Of a stretch of DNA of 64,000 bases, positions 46,755 through 55,760 are shown piece after piece. The DNA is taken from positions 203,757 through 267,756 of the forward strand of contig JACRCO010000037.1 of NCBI GenBank assembly GCA_016218975.1, given 5' to 3'. The position numbers and the translations under genes were made by a program. Every line of letters begins with the position of its first letter. Position 1 is the first letter of the stretch. Under the pieces are notes generated by a model, which worked only from the letters and a program-made list of their open reading frames with translations, was not told the origin of the DNA and made no database searches. Source of the stretch: Deltaproteobacteria bacterium. GTDB lineage: Bacteria > Desulfobacterota > Deferrimicrobia > Deferrimicrobiales > Deferrimicrobiaceae.

Positions 46755-47740
46755 GATTCCACGGCCTTCCCGAGCCTTTCCAGTATGAGGCGGGAGAGAT
46801 CTTCCCACCCCGAAAGGAACTCCACGCCGATGCGAATCGCCTTGAGATCGAAAGGAAGCGTGCCGGAAAGCCGGACGAGGTCTTTTTCCGTCGTAAGGAC
46901 CGGCGCTCCTCCGGCCGCCGAGGCGATCCTTTCGAGGTCCGCGCGGCGATAGCGGTAATGGTCCCGAAAGGAGAAAAACTTACGGACGGCAAATCCCGAC
47001 GTGCGAAGGGTATCGGCGAACTGCCCGTTGTGCGCCAGCCCGGAAAAAGCCACGACTTCCTCGCCATCCCGGGGAAGGGATGTTTCCCTGCCGAACCGGT
47101 CGACGACCGCCCGTGCCACCATGCGTGTGTATGCACGGGGACGGTCCGCTTCGAACGGAACGGCCGCGGCGGCCTTTTCTCCCTGCGACAGGCCGGCGCA
47201 CTTGGTTATCACAAGGGCGTCTGCGCGCCGCGCCGTTTCCGGCGACTCGCGAAGGGGACCGAAAGGCAGCGTGCGCATGTTTCCCAGGACGCATGTCGCA
47301 TCGACCAGAAGTATGTCGGCGTCCCGTCCGAGAGAAAGATGCTGGAAACCGTCATCCAGCAGAAAGACATCCACATCCCTTGACCGAAGGCATTCCCTTC
47401 CCGCCTCGGCGCGGGACTCGCCCGCAAGCACGGGCACCCCGGGCAGAAGCGCGGCGAGCAGGACCGGTTCGTCGCCGCCGTATTCGGCAGTCACCGCGGG
47501 TCCGTCGCCCCGCGAGACCCAGACGACGCCGCGGCTCTTCCGTCCGTATCCTCTGGACAGGACTGCCACTTTCACTCCCGTCTCCGTGAGCCAGGAAGCG
47601 AGGAACTGCACGTGGGGCGTCTTGCCGGTTCCGCCGACCGAAAGGTTCCCTACGCTTATCACAGGGCGGGGAAGGGATTCCTGGCGCAGGATCCCGGCTC
47701 CGTAAAGTGACCTTCTCAATGTTGCGAAAGGACCGATCAC
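46751..47740 (-). CDS. lpxK: Tetraacyldisaccharide 4'-kinase
   Basis: VISVGNLSVGGTGKTP P-loop and LpxK fold. GTG start with a GGAGGAAG Shine-Dalgarno and GTGA overlap with waaA. The ORF track over-extends by 60 codons. Confidence 0.85.
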   Translation of the reverse strand: MIGPFATLRRSLYGAGILRQESLPRPVISVGNLSVGGTGKTPHVQFLASWLTETGVKVAVLSRGYGRKSRGVVWVSRGDGPAVTAEYGGDEPVLLAALLPGVPVLAGESRAEAGRECLRSRDVDVFLLDDGFQHLSLGRDADILLVDATCVLGNMRTLPFGPLRESPETARRADALVITKCAGLSQGEKAAAAVPFEADRPRAYTRMVARAVVDRFGRETSLPRDGEEVVAFSGLAHNGQFADTLRTSGFAVRKFFSFRDHYRYRRADLERIASAAGGAPVLTTEKDLVRLSGTLPFDLKAIRIGVEFLSGWEDLSRLILERLGKAVES

Positions 47741-49071
47741 CCGTTCTTCCTCCGGCGGAGCGAAAGAAGCCGTTCCACGATCGCGGCGTTCCTCTCCGTC
47801 GCGCCCCTGAATGCGGCCAGGAGTTCTCTTGCGCGCGTGCCCGTTTCGAACCCGGCAAGCGGATCCGCGGCGAAACGCGCAAGCAGCGCGGCAAGTTCGG
47901 TTGCATCCCCGACCTTGCATATCGCACCCGCATCGGTGAATATCTCCGCGATCTCCCGGAAGTTCCCCATGTGCGGCCCGACCACGGTGGGAACGCCGTA
48001 GAGGGCAGGCTCCAGGATATTATGCCCTCCCTTCGGCACGAGGCTTCCGCCGACGAAGGCGATGTCCGCCGCCGCATAGGCCGAGGAAAGTTCCCCCACG
48101 CTGTCCAGCAGGATCACCGGGGGCAGATTTTCCGCCGCATCCCGGGGCAGCAGCGTCCTCCGGACCGTTACGAAACCTTCCCGCCGGCAAAGATCTTCGA
48201 CGGAATCGAACCGCTCGGGGTGGCGGGGAGCCAGGAGGAGTTTCAGCGAGCCGTCCACGGATCTCCCCTTTTCGAAGGCGTGGAGGACGGCCTCCTCCTC
48301 CCCCTCATGGGTCGATCCCGCGACGAACCATCGCGTTTCCTCCTCCATTTTCCCCTTGAGCAGGGCGTGGAGCGGCGACATTCCCGCCGCCGGAGGCGCC
48401 ACGTCGAACTTCATGTTCCCGGTCACGGATACCGCCGCGGACGGGGCCCCGAGCGCCAGGAATCTGCGAGCGTCCTCCTCCGTCTGCGCCGTGATCGCCG
48501 AGAAGCAGGACAGCACCCGGGAGAACAGGAACCGGAACCGGGCGTACCCCCGGAAGGAACGCTCCGAGATCCTCCCGTTAACGATCATCGCCGGAATCCC
48601 CCGCTTCGAACATTCCGCGAGGAAATTCGGCCAGATCTCCGTTTCGAGGATAACCACGAGATCGGGACGCAGGCGGTCCAGGAACCTGGCGGCTGTGCAG
48701 GGCAGATCGAACGGAAAGTAGAATCGCGCGTCCGTTTCCCCTCCCAGCGCCTTCTCCGCGGTCTCCTGCCCGGTTACCGTCACCGTCGAGAACAGGATCT
48801 CGACGCCGGAAAGACGCCCGCGCAGCCTGCGGACGAGCGGCGCCGCGGAGAGGGTTTCACCCACCGACACGGCGTGGATCCAGATCCGTTCCCTGCCGGT
48901 CGCGGGAGGAACGCGCTCCATCCGCCGCCCCAATCGGTCCGGGAAATTCTTCCGCCGCCTGGGAGACAGCATGGCCCAGGGAATCCAGGCGGGGGAAAGC
49001 CCCAGCAGGGCGGCTCCCAGCAGGAAATTGTAGAGAAGGTGCACCCCGCTTCGGGGACGAAAGTCCTTCAT
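47737..49071 (-). CDS. waaA: 3-deoxy-D-manno-octulosonic acid (Kdo) transferase
   Basis: IWIHAVSVGETLSAAPLVRRL and a GT-B fold C-terminus (EPALYGVPTVVGPHMGNF). Confidence 0.85.
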   Translation of the reverse strand: MKDFRPRSGVHLLYNFLLGAALLGLSPAWIPWAMLSPRRRKNFPDRLGRRMERVPPATGRERIWIHAVSVGETLSAAPLVRRLRGRLSGVEILFSTVTVTGQETAEKALGGETDARFYFPFDLPCTAARFLDRLRPDLVVILETEIWPNFLAECSKRGIPAMIVNGRISERSFRGYARFRFLFSRVLSCFSAITAQTEEDARRFLALGAPSAAVSVTGNMKFDVAPPAAGMSPLHALLKGKMEEETRWFVAGSTHEGEEEAVLHAFEKGRSVDGSLKLLLAPRHPERFDSVEDLCRREGFVTVRRTLLPRDAAENLPPVILLDSVGELSSAYAAADIAFVGGSLVPKGGHNILEPALYGVPTVVGPHMGNFREIAEIFTDAGAICKVGDATELAALLARFAADPLAGFETGTRARELLAAFRGATERNAAIVERLLSLRRRKNG

Positions 49072-49078
49072 GAAACCG

Positions 49079-50839
49079 TCACGCGGGATCGGCTCCGGTC
49101 ACGGCGCCGGTCCTCCGCTCCTCGAACTGCTTCAGATAGAAAGTGCGGTACCGCGTATCGGAGGAAAGGAGCTCCTCGTGGGTCCCCATTTCCACGATCC
49201 GCCCTTCCTCCACCACGAGGATCGTGTCGGCGTTCCTCACGGTGGAAAGACGGTGAGCGATGACGAAGACGGTCCTGCCTTTCATCAGCGTATCGAGCGC
49301 CTCCTGCACAACCGACTCGGATTCCGAGTCGAGAGCCGACGTCGCCTCGTCGAGGATCAGGATCGGCGCGTCCTTGAGCAGGGCGCGCGCTATGGCCAGC
49401 CGCTGGCGCTCGCCGCCGGACAGCATCAGCCCCTGTTCCCCGACCTCGGTGCCGTACCCGTTGCGCAGCCTGGAAATGAAACCGTGCGCGTTCGCACGCC
49501 TCGCCGCTTCCTCGATCTTCTCCGCGGGCGCGCCGGGCATCCCGTATGAGATGTTCGCCCGCACCGTGTCGTTGAACAGGATCGTGTGCTGGCTCACGAT
49601 GCCGATCTGCGAGCGGAGCGACGAAAGAGATACGTCCCGGATGTCCGTTCCGTCGATACGGATCACGCCGTTCTGCGGATCGTAGAAGCGCGGCAGGAGG
49701 TCGACGAGAGTCGTCTTGCCGGCGCCGCTGGAGCCCACGATCGCCACCATGGTCCCGGAGGGTACGGCCAGGGAGATATCCTTGAGGACGTAGTCCCCCT
49801 CGCCGTGATACCGGAAATCGACATGGTCGAATTCGATCCCGCGTGTGACCGGCGGAAGTTCCGGGGCCCCGGGCTTTTCCTCCACCTCCGGCAGGGTGTC
49901 GAGCACTTCGAACACGCGCTCCGCGGCGGCGATCCCCTGCTGGATGACGTTGTTGACGCGGGAAAGCCGCTTGACCGGCTCGTACAGCATGAAGAGCGCC
50001 GTCATGAAGGAGAAGAAATTCCCCGGGGAGCTGTATCCCTGGACGACGCTGTAGCCGCCGTAGAAGATCACCGCGGCGGCCCCGATCCCCGCGAACGTCT
50101 CCGACAGGGGGGATGTGAGCGCCTGTACCTTGACGATCTTCATGTTCAGCCGGTACAGGTCCGCGTTCTTCGCCGCGAAACGGTCCACCTCGTACTCTTC
50201 CGCCCCGAAAGACTTGACCAGCTTTGCGCCGCTGATCGTTTCCTGCAGATGGGTGGTCAGGCCTCCTGTGACTTCCTGGGTCTGTATGCTGGTCCGCCGC
50301 AGCTTGCGGCCGAACCGGTAGATCGGCCAGAAGGCCAGCGGGAACGCGATCAGGGCGATGAGCGCCAGCCTCCAGTCCCTGTAAAACACCACTCCGATGA
50401 GGAAGATCCCGGTGAAGAAATCCTTGATGAGCCCGGTGACGGCGTCGGTGACGGCTCCCTGCATGAGCCCTACGTCGTTCATGACGCGGGACATCAGGAC
50501 GCCGGTCGGGTGCCTCATGTAGAAGGACAGCGAGAGCGACTGCAGGTGCCGGTACAGGTGCTCGCGGATGTCCCGGATCACCTTCTGCCCCACTCCGCTC
50601 ATAAGATATTGCTGCGAGAACTCGAGCACGGCCTTCGACAGGTAGACGCCGAGTACAAGGAGCGGGATGAGAGCCAGCTTCGAGACGTCCTTCTTGATGA
50701 ATATGTCGTCGAGCGCCGGCTTCACGAGGAATGCGATCGATCCGTGGAATGCGGACACCGCGACCATGAAGACCATCGCGATGAGGAGCCGCGGCATGTA
50801 AGGCCGGACGTATTCGAGCATCCGGCGATAGACGGTCAT
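49079..50839 (-). CDS. msbA: Lipid A export ABC transporter permease/ATP-binding protein
   Basis: 6-TM exporter domain plus NBD (GSSGAGKTT, LSGGERQRLAIARAL, ILDEATSALD). The true start ATG overlaps the lpxB stop (ATGA) and gives ~586 aa. The ORF-track 846-aa version is an artefactual GC-rich N-extension. Confidence 0.85.
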   Translation of the reverse strand: MTVYRRMLEYVRPYMPRLLIAMVFMVAVSAFHGSIAFLVKPALDDIFIKKDVSKLALIPLLVLGVYLSKAVLEFSQQYLMSGVGQKVIRDIREHLYRHLQSLSLSFYMRHPTGVLMSRVMNDVGLMQGAVTDAVTGLIKDFFTGIFLIGVVFYRDWRLALIALIAFPLAFWPIYRFGRKLRRTSIQTQEVTGGLTTHLQETISGAKLVKSFGAEEYEVDRFAAKNADLYRLNMKIVKVQALTSPLSETFAGIGAAAVIFYGGYSVVQGYSSPGNFFSFMTALFMLYEPVKRLSRVNNVIQQGIAAAERVFEVLDTLPEVEEKPGAPELPPVTRGIEFDHVDFRYHGEGDYVLKDISLAVPSGTMVAIVGSSGAGKTTLVDLLPRFYDPQNGVIRIDGTDIRDVSLSSLRSQIGIVSQHTILFNDTVRANISYGMPGAPAEKIEEAARRANAHGFISRLRNGYGTEVGEQGLMLSGGERQRLAIARALLKDAPILILDEATSALDSESESVVQEALDTLMKGRTVFVIAHRLSTVRNADTILVVEEGRIVEMGTHEELLSSDTRYRTFYLKQFEERRTGAVTGADPA

Positions 50840-51990
50840 GCCCATGATTCCCCCGCAGCCTGCGCCAGCATGTCCACGACCGCCCCGGAAGGTCCCGGGC
50901 CCGTCAGTTTTTCCCTCAAGGAACGGCACCTGGCCGCCAGGGTTTCCCTCCGTCCGGCATCCTCCAACAGGCCAAGGATCTCTCCGGCGACCCGGTCCGG
51001 GCGGCATTCCGCCTGGATCAGCTCCGGCAGAAACGGAAGGCCGTCCACGATGTTCGGCAATCCGATGGAGGACACCTTCGCCAGCCGCTTTCCCAACTGG
51101 TAAGTCACTTCCGACGTGCGATACACGATCACGGCAGGGACCCCCAGGAGCGCCAGTTCCAGCGTCACTGTTCCCGATGCGGCCGCCGCCGCGGCCATTC
51201 CCCGGAACAGAAGGTGGCGGTCCCGCTCGACAACCGTCACCGGAAGCCCGCTTCCGCGAAGGACGCCTTCCACGATTCCCCGGAACCTGGGTGAAGCCAG
51301 GGGCACCGCGAAATGGACTTCGGGATGATCCTTCGCGATCCGTCCGGCGGCCTCGACCATGACGGGGAAGTGCGCATGGATTTCGCCGGGCCTGCTCCCC
51401 GGCAGCAGGCCGACCAGCCGCTTCCCAGGCGGAATACCGAATCGGGCCGGATCCGGCGAAGCGTCGAGCCACGGGGCGAGTTCGTCCAGAAGCGGATGTC
51501 CCGCGAACCTGGCATTGACACCCTCGCCCCTTAGCATCGGCTCCTCGAACGGAAAAATAACCACCACCCCGTCCGTGAAGGATGAAAGCTCCCTGGCCCG
51601 ACCTCTTCTCCACGCCCAAAGCTGCGGAGGGATGTAGTAGATCACCGGAACGTTCCTCGCATGCGCCTTCCGCCCGACCCTGAAGTTGAAATCCGGGAAA
51701 TCCACGAGAAGCACCGCGCCGACATCCGGCCTTGAAGCTCTCCGCACCGCCTGCCGGAGCGCGGAGACCACCGCCGGCAGATGGCGGACCACCTCCGTGA
51801 TTCCCACGACGGAAATCGTACCGTAGTCCAGAAGGAGCCGCACCCCTTCCGCCGCGAGGCGCGAGCTGCCGATCCCTTCCATCGGGACGCGCGGGAATCG
51901 GCGGCGAAACGCCCTGGCGACGCTGGCGGCATAGGTTTCCCCCGACGGCTCGCCACAGACGATGAAAAGGGTCTTCGGTCCAGTGTTCAA
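50836..51990 (-). CDS. lpxB: Lipid-A-disaccharide synthase
   Basis: TLFIVCGEPSGE..., GT-B LpxB motifs (LLPGSRPGE, GTVTLELALLGVP). A TTG start with a GAGGAG Shine-Dalgarno and TTGA overlap with the upstream oxidoreductase gives ~384 aa. The ORF-track 554-aa version is over-extended. Confidence 0.85.
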   Translation of the reverse strand: MNTGPKTLFIVCGEPSGETYAASVARAFRRRFPRVPMEGIGSSRLAAEGVRLLLDYGTISVVGITEVVRHLPAVVSALRQAVRRASRPDVGAVLLVDFPDFNFRVGRKAHARNVPVIYYIPPQLWAWRRGRARELSSFTDGVVVIFPFEEPMLRGEGVNARFAGHPLLDELAPWLDASPDPARFGIPPGKRLVGLLPGSRPGEIHAHFPVMVEAAGRIAKDHPEVHFAVPLASPRFRGIVEGVLRGSGLPVTVVERDRHLLFRGMAAAAAASGTVTLELALLGVPAVIVYRTSEVTYQLGKRLAKVSSIGLPNIVDGLPFLPELIQAECRPDRVAGEILGLLEDAGRRETLAARCRSLREKLTGPGPSGAVVDMLAQAAGESWA

Positions 51991-52937
51991 CGTCTCCTCA
52001 TCTTCCGCAGGATGCGGAATGCCAGGTCGAGCGCGGCAAGGCCTTCCACACCGGATACAAGAGGCGATTTCCCCCCGCCGACGCAATCGAAAAACGACCG
52101 GATCTCGTCCCGAAGGGAATCCCCCTTCTCCGTCTCGAGAAGCTCCCCGGATATTTCGGGCAAATCCTTCGTTCCGTGCGGATATGTCCTGCGGAATATC
52201 TGGATCGAGTGCTCGACGAAATCCATCGAGACGTACGCATCTTCCTGGAAGATGCGGATTTTCCGCTGCTTCTTCGCGGATACCCTGCTGGCCGTGACAT
52301 TGGCGACGCAGCCGCTTGCGAATGTCAGCCGCGCGTTGGCGATGTCTATGTTGGAGGACACGACCGGGACCCCGACCGCGTGAATGCGAGTCACGGGGGA
52401 GCGGACGAAAGAAAGGATCAGGTCGATGTCGTGGATCATCAAGTCGAGCACCACGTCTACGTCCGTCCCGCGTCCTCCGAACGGCCCCAACCGGTGGCAT
52501 TCGATGAACCTCGGCTCGGTCAGTATGGAGGCCGCATCCCGCACCGCGGGGTTGAACCGCTCCACGTGCCCGATCTGGAACACGAGATTCCGCTCCGCAG
52601 CCTCCCGCACCAGGGTCCTCGCCTGACGCAGGTTCGCGGTGATCGGCTTCTCCAGCAGCACGTGTACGCCGGCGCGCATCGCGTCCATCGCAACGGCGAA
52701 GTGGGCCGTCGTCGGAACCGCGATGGACACGGCGTCCACCTCATTGAGCAGGCTCCTGTGGTCCTTGAAAAACGCCGTCCCGCATTCCCTTGCGACGTTC
52801 TTCCCGTGGTCGGGGTTCAGATCGCACACCCCGACGAACCGGAGGTCCTGGAACGACGAGATCTTCTGGGCGTGGAGCCGTCCGAGGTACCCGACACCGA
52901 TCACCCCCGCCCTGAGCGCTCCGCTCACCATCGGCAT
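51987..52937 (-). CDS. Gfo/Idh/MocA-family NAD(P)-dependent oxidoreductase within the lipid A cluster (GnnA-like position)
   Basis: Rossmann GVIGVGYLGRLH; EKP motif (VLLEKPI); C-terminal alpha/beta domain. Located between lpxA and lpxB. Confidence 0.8.
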   Translation of the reverse strand: MPMVSGALRAGVIGVGYLGRLHAQKISSFQDLRFVGVCDLNPDHGKNVARECGTAFFKDHRSLLNEVDAVSIAVPTTAHFAVAMDAMRAGVHVLLEKPITANLRQARTLVREAAERNLVFQIGHVERFNPAVRDAASILTEPRFIECHRLGPFGGRGTDVDVVLDLMIHDIDLILSFVRSPVTRIHAVGVPVVSSNIDIANARLTFASGCVANVTASRVSAKKQRKIRIFQEDAYVSMDFVEHSIQIFRRTYPHGTKDLPEISGELLETEKGDSLRDEIRSFFDCVGGGKSPLVSGVEGLAALDLAFRILRKMRRR

Positions 52938-52945
52938 CCCCTTCC

Positions 52946-53728
52946 TTATCGCAGCACCCCGCGTTTGCTGGAGCGTATGAATTCGAGCAGGCGTATCACC
53001 TCCGGAAGCTGCGTCACCTCCGATTCCACCTTCGCCGTTGCTTCCCCCATGGGCGTCCCCGACCTGAAAAGGATCCTGTACGCCGCTTTCAGCGCCGCGA
53101 TGGCCTCATCGGAAAACCGGTTCCGCTTGAGGCCGATGAGGTTCAGACCGTAGAGCGAAGGCCCCTTCTGCGGCCGCGCGACCACGGCGGTCACGTACGG
53201 CGGGACGTCCTGAGGCACCCCGGAAAGCGCTCCCACCATCGCGAACTCACCTATCCGGACGAACTGGTGGACTCCGACCAGGCCGCCTATGATGGCTGAG
53301 TCGCCCACCTCGACGTGGCCCGCCAGCGTCGCCGCGTTGGCGATCACCACCCGGCTCCCGACCCGGCAGTCGTGGGCCACGTGGCTATACGCCATGAGGA
53401 GCGTTCCGTTCCCGACTTTCGTCACACCCGTCCCGTGGGATGTGCCCCGGTTCACGGTCACGTATTCCCGTATCGTGTTCCCGTCGCCCATTTCCACCCA
53501 GGTTTCCTCTCCCTTGAACTTTAGGTCCTGCGGGGGAGCCCCGATGGAAGCGAAGGGGGATACGCGGTTTTCCTTCCCCATCCGGACGTGGGATTCGATC
53601 ACCGCGTGCGATCCGATCCGGCACCGGTCGCCGATCTCGACCTTCGGCCCGATCACGGCGTAGGGTCCGACCTCGACGCCGTCGCCCAGCCTAGCGTCAG
53701 GATCGACGATGGCCGTGGGATGGATCAT
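52946..53728 (-). CDS. lpxA: Acyl-ACP--UDP-N-acetylglucosamine O-acyltransferase
   Basis: MIHPTAIVDPDARLGDGVEVGPYAVIG hexapeptide repeats and LpxA C-terminal helical domain. Start trimmed to the ATG at 53728; ATGA overlap with fabZ. Confidence 0.9.
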   Translation of the reverse strand: MIHPTAIVDPDARLGDGVEVGPYAVIGPKVEIGDRCRIGSHAVIESHVRMGKENRVSPFASIGAPPQDLKFKGEETWVEMGDGNTIREYVTVNRGTSHGTGVTKVGNGTLLMAYSHVAHDCRVGSRVVIANAATLAGHVEVGDSAIIGGLVGVHQFVRIGEFAMVGALSGVPQDVPPYVTAVVARPQKGPSLYGLNLIGLKRNRFSDEAIAALKAAYRILFRSGTPMGEATAKVESEVTQLPEVIRLLEFIRSSKRGVLR

Positions 53729-54186
53729 TTCGCGGCTCCTTCCTGGGCCTTTTCCGCGAATGCGTCCCGGATCGTGGCTGTCAGGTCGGCCTCCGCCACG
53801 AGCGCGTCTCCGACCCTCGCCTCGCCGTGCATCTTCCATACCGGCCCCTTGTGGGCCGTTATCGTCACGTTCAGGATGAGCTGGTCTCCCGGCACCACTG
53901 GCCGGCGGAACCGGCAGTTATCGATCGCCGCGAAGTATGCGAGCTTCTTCTCGCCTCCCAGCGCCAGCAAGGCGAATATCCCCCCCGTCTGCGCCAGCGC
54001 CTCCACGATCAGGACTCCGGGCATGATTGGAATTCCGGGGAAGTGTCCCGTGAAAAACGGCTCGTTTATCGTGACGTTCTTCAGTCCCACGATGGACTTG
54101 CCCGGCACCATCTCTACTATCCGGTCGACCATCAGGAACGGGTAGCGGTGCGGCAGGAGGTTCATGATCTCCTGGATCGTGATCAT
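53725..54186 (-). CDS. fabZ: 3-hydroxyacyl-ACP dehydratase
   Basis: LLPHRYPFLMVDRI...EPFFTGHFPGIPIMPGVLIVEALAQ is a canonical FabZ. Confidence 0.9.
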   Translation of the reverse strand: MITIQEIMNLLPHRYPFLMVDRIVEMVPGKSIVGLKNVTINEPFFTGHFPGIPIMPGVLIVEALAQTGGIFALLALGGEKKLAYFAAIDNCRFRRPVVPGDQLILNVTITAHKGPVWKMHGEARVGDALVAEADLTATIRDAFAEKAQEGAAK

Positions 54187-54187
54187 C

Positions 54188-55219
54188 TCATCCCTCCCCT
54201 TTCTGTTTTTTCCCTTCTTCCAGCCGTTTCACCCTTTTGAACAATTCGGGCAGATTCGGAAGCAGGGTCGCAAGCCGCAGCCACGCCTGGTGCGGAATGG
54301 CAGGGGTGCCCGACCAGGCCCGTGAATCCTTCGCCTTCAGCGTGCCCGCGATCCCCGCCTGCGCCCCGACCATGACGCCGTCCTCCACCTCGAGGTGCCC
54401 CGCGAAGCCCGCCTGCCCGCCGATCATCACCCTGCTGCCTATCTTTACACTCCCGGAGATTCCCGCCTGCGCCGCGATCACGGTGTCCGACCCGATGGCG
54501 ACATTGTGCGCGACCTGCACGAGGTTGTCGATCTTCGTGCCCTTGCCGATCTTCGTTACGCCGAGCGCCGCCCTGTCCACCGTTGTGTTCGCCCCTATTT
54601 CCACGTCGTCCCCGATCTCGACCGTCCCCACCTGCGGGAAATTCCGGTACCCTTCGGGGGAGGGAGCGAATCCGAACCCGTCGCTCCCTATCACGCACCC
54701 CGCATGCAGGATGACGCGGGACCCGACGCGGACGTCATGGTACAGGACGACGTTGGGATAAAGCAGGCAATCCTCGCCGACGGAAGCGCCCCTTCCGACG
54801 AATACGCCCGGGAAAAGCACGGTCCGGTCCCCTATGGACGCCCCATCCTCGACGACGGCGAACGGCGCCGCGCTCACTTCCTTTCCCAGGATGGCTCCCG
54901 GGTGGATGGATGCGGAAGGCGAGATCCCGGCCGGCGGGCGGACGGGAGGATGGAACAACTCGACCAGGCAGGCGAAGGCGAAGTACGGGTTCCCTGAAAT
55001 CAGGAACGCGGCGCGCGAGCCTTCCACGCGGCTCCTGGCCACGATGGCAGCCGCTTTCGTCTCGCGCGCGAACCGCGCATACTTCGGGTTCGAAAGGAAC
55101 GTCACCTCGCCGGGGCCGGCTTCCTCTATTGGGGCTACACCGCCCACGACGGCGTCCTCGCCGTCCAGCGCCGCCCCGATGCGCGCCGCGATTTCGGACA
55201 GGCGGAACTTATTTTCCAC
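54188..55219 (-). CDS. lpxD: UDP-3-O-(3-hydroxyacyl)glucosamine N-acyltransferase
   Basis: LpxD N-domain ([12 protein letters not shown]) plus left-handed beta-helix hexapeptides. GTG start with an AAGGAGAA Shine-Dalgarno. The ORF-track version is over-extended. Confidence 0.9.
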   Translation of the reverse strand: MENKFRLSEIAARIGAALDGEDAVVGGVAPIEEAGPGEVTFLSNPKYARFARETKAAAIVARSRVEGSRAAFLISGNPYFAFACLVELFHPPVRPPAGISPSASIHPGAILGKEVSAAPFAVVEDGASIGDRTVLFPGVFVGRGASVGEDCLLYPNVVLYHDVRVGSRVILHAGCVIGSDGFGFAPSPEGYRNFPQVGTVEIGDDVEIGANTTVDRAALGVTKIGKGTKIDNLVQVAHNVAIGSDTVIAAQAGISGSVKIGSRVMIGGQAGFAGHLEVEDGVMVGAQAGIAGTLKAKDSRAWSGTPAIPHQAWLRLATLLPNLPELFKRVKRLEEGKKQKGEG

Positions 55220-55745
55220 CAAGCTTCTCCTTGTTGACCAGTTCCAGTACTTTCGCCGTGATGTCCAGGGACGGGCTGAAATGCACGACGCCGCCCTGCG
55301 TCTGGTCCAGGACAAGGTCGATCTTCTCCTTCCCCACGAACTTGTCGAGCTGCGCCTTGACCGATTTGAGCACTTCCTGCGTAAGCTCGCCCTGACGCGA
55401 CTGCATCTCCTTCTCCGCTTCCTGGGTAAGCTGGCGCAGTTCGGCTATCTTGCCGTTCAGCGCGTCTTCCTTCTCCTTCAGTTTTTCCTTGCCGAGGATG
55501 ATCTTCTGCTTGTCGATCTCGTCCTTGATCTTCTTCGCCTCTTCCTGCTTCTCCTCCACCTTTTTCTTGAGCTCCTCGTACCTGCTTTCGATCTTCTTCT
55601 TCGCCGTCTTGCCCGCTTCGGATTCGTTCAGGATCTTGTTCACGTCGATCACCGCCACCTTCAAGCCTTCGGCGAACGCCCCGCCGGCGAACAGAAGCGC
55701 CGCCGCGACGACCGCCGCCATCCACAACTCCCTTCCCTTTCCCAT
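55209..55745 (-). CDS. skp: OmpH/Skp-family periplasmic chaperone
   Basis: Signal peptide, Lys/Glu-rich coiled-coil tentacle region, conserved bamA-skp-lpxD order. Confidence 0.8.
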   Translation of the reverse strand: MGKGRELWMAAVVAAALLFAGGAFAEGLKVAVIDVNKILNESEAGKTAKKKIESRYEELKKKVEEKQEEAKKIKDEIDKQKIILGKEKLKEKEDALNGKIAELRQLTQEAEKEMQSRQGELTQEVLKSVKAQLDKFVGKEKIDLVLDQTQGGVVHFSPSLDITAKVLELVNKEKLGGK

Positions 55746-55760
55746 CGTCGTCCTCCCGGA

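Noticed and set aside
49586-51103. 505-aa plus-strand ORF antisense to msbA and lpxB
   Set aside because: Antisense to two genes with unmistakable ABC-exporter and LpxB motifs. Composition is dominated by R/D/E/H runs.
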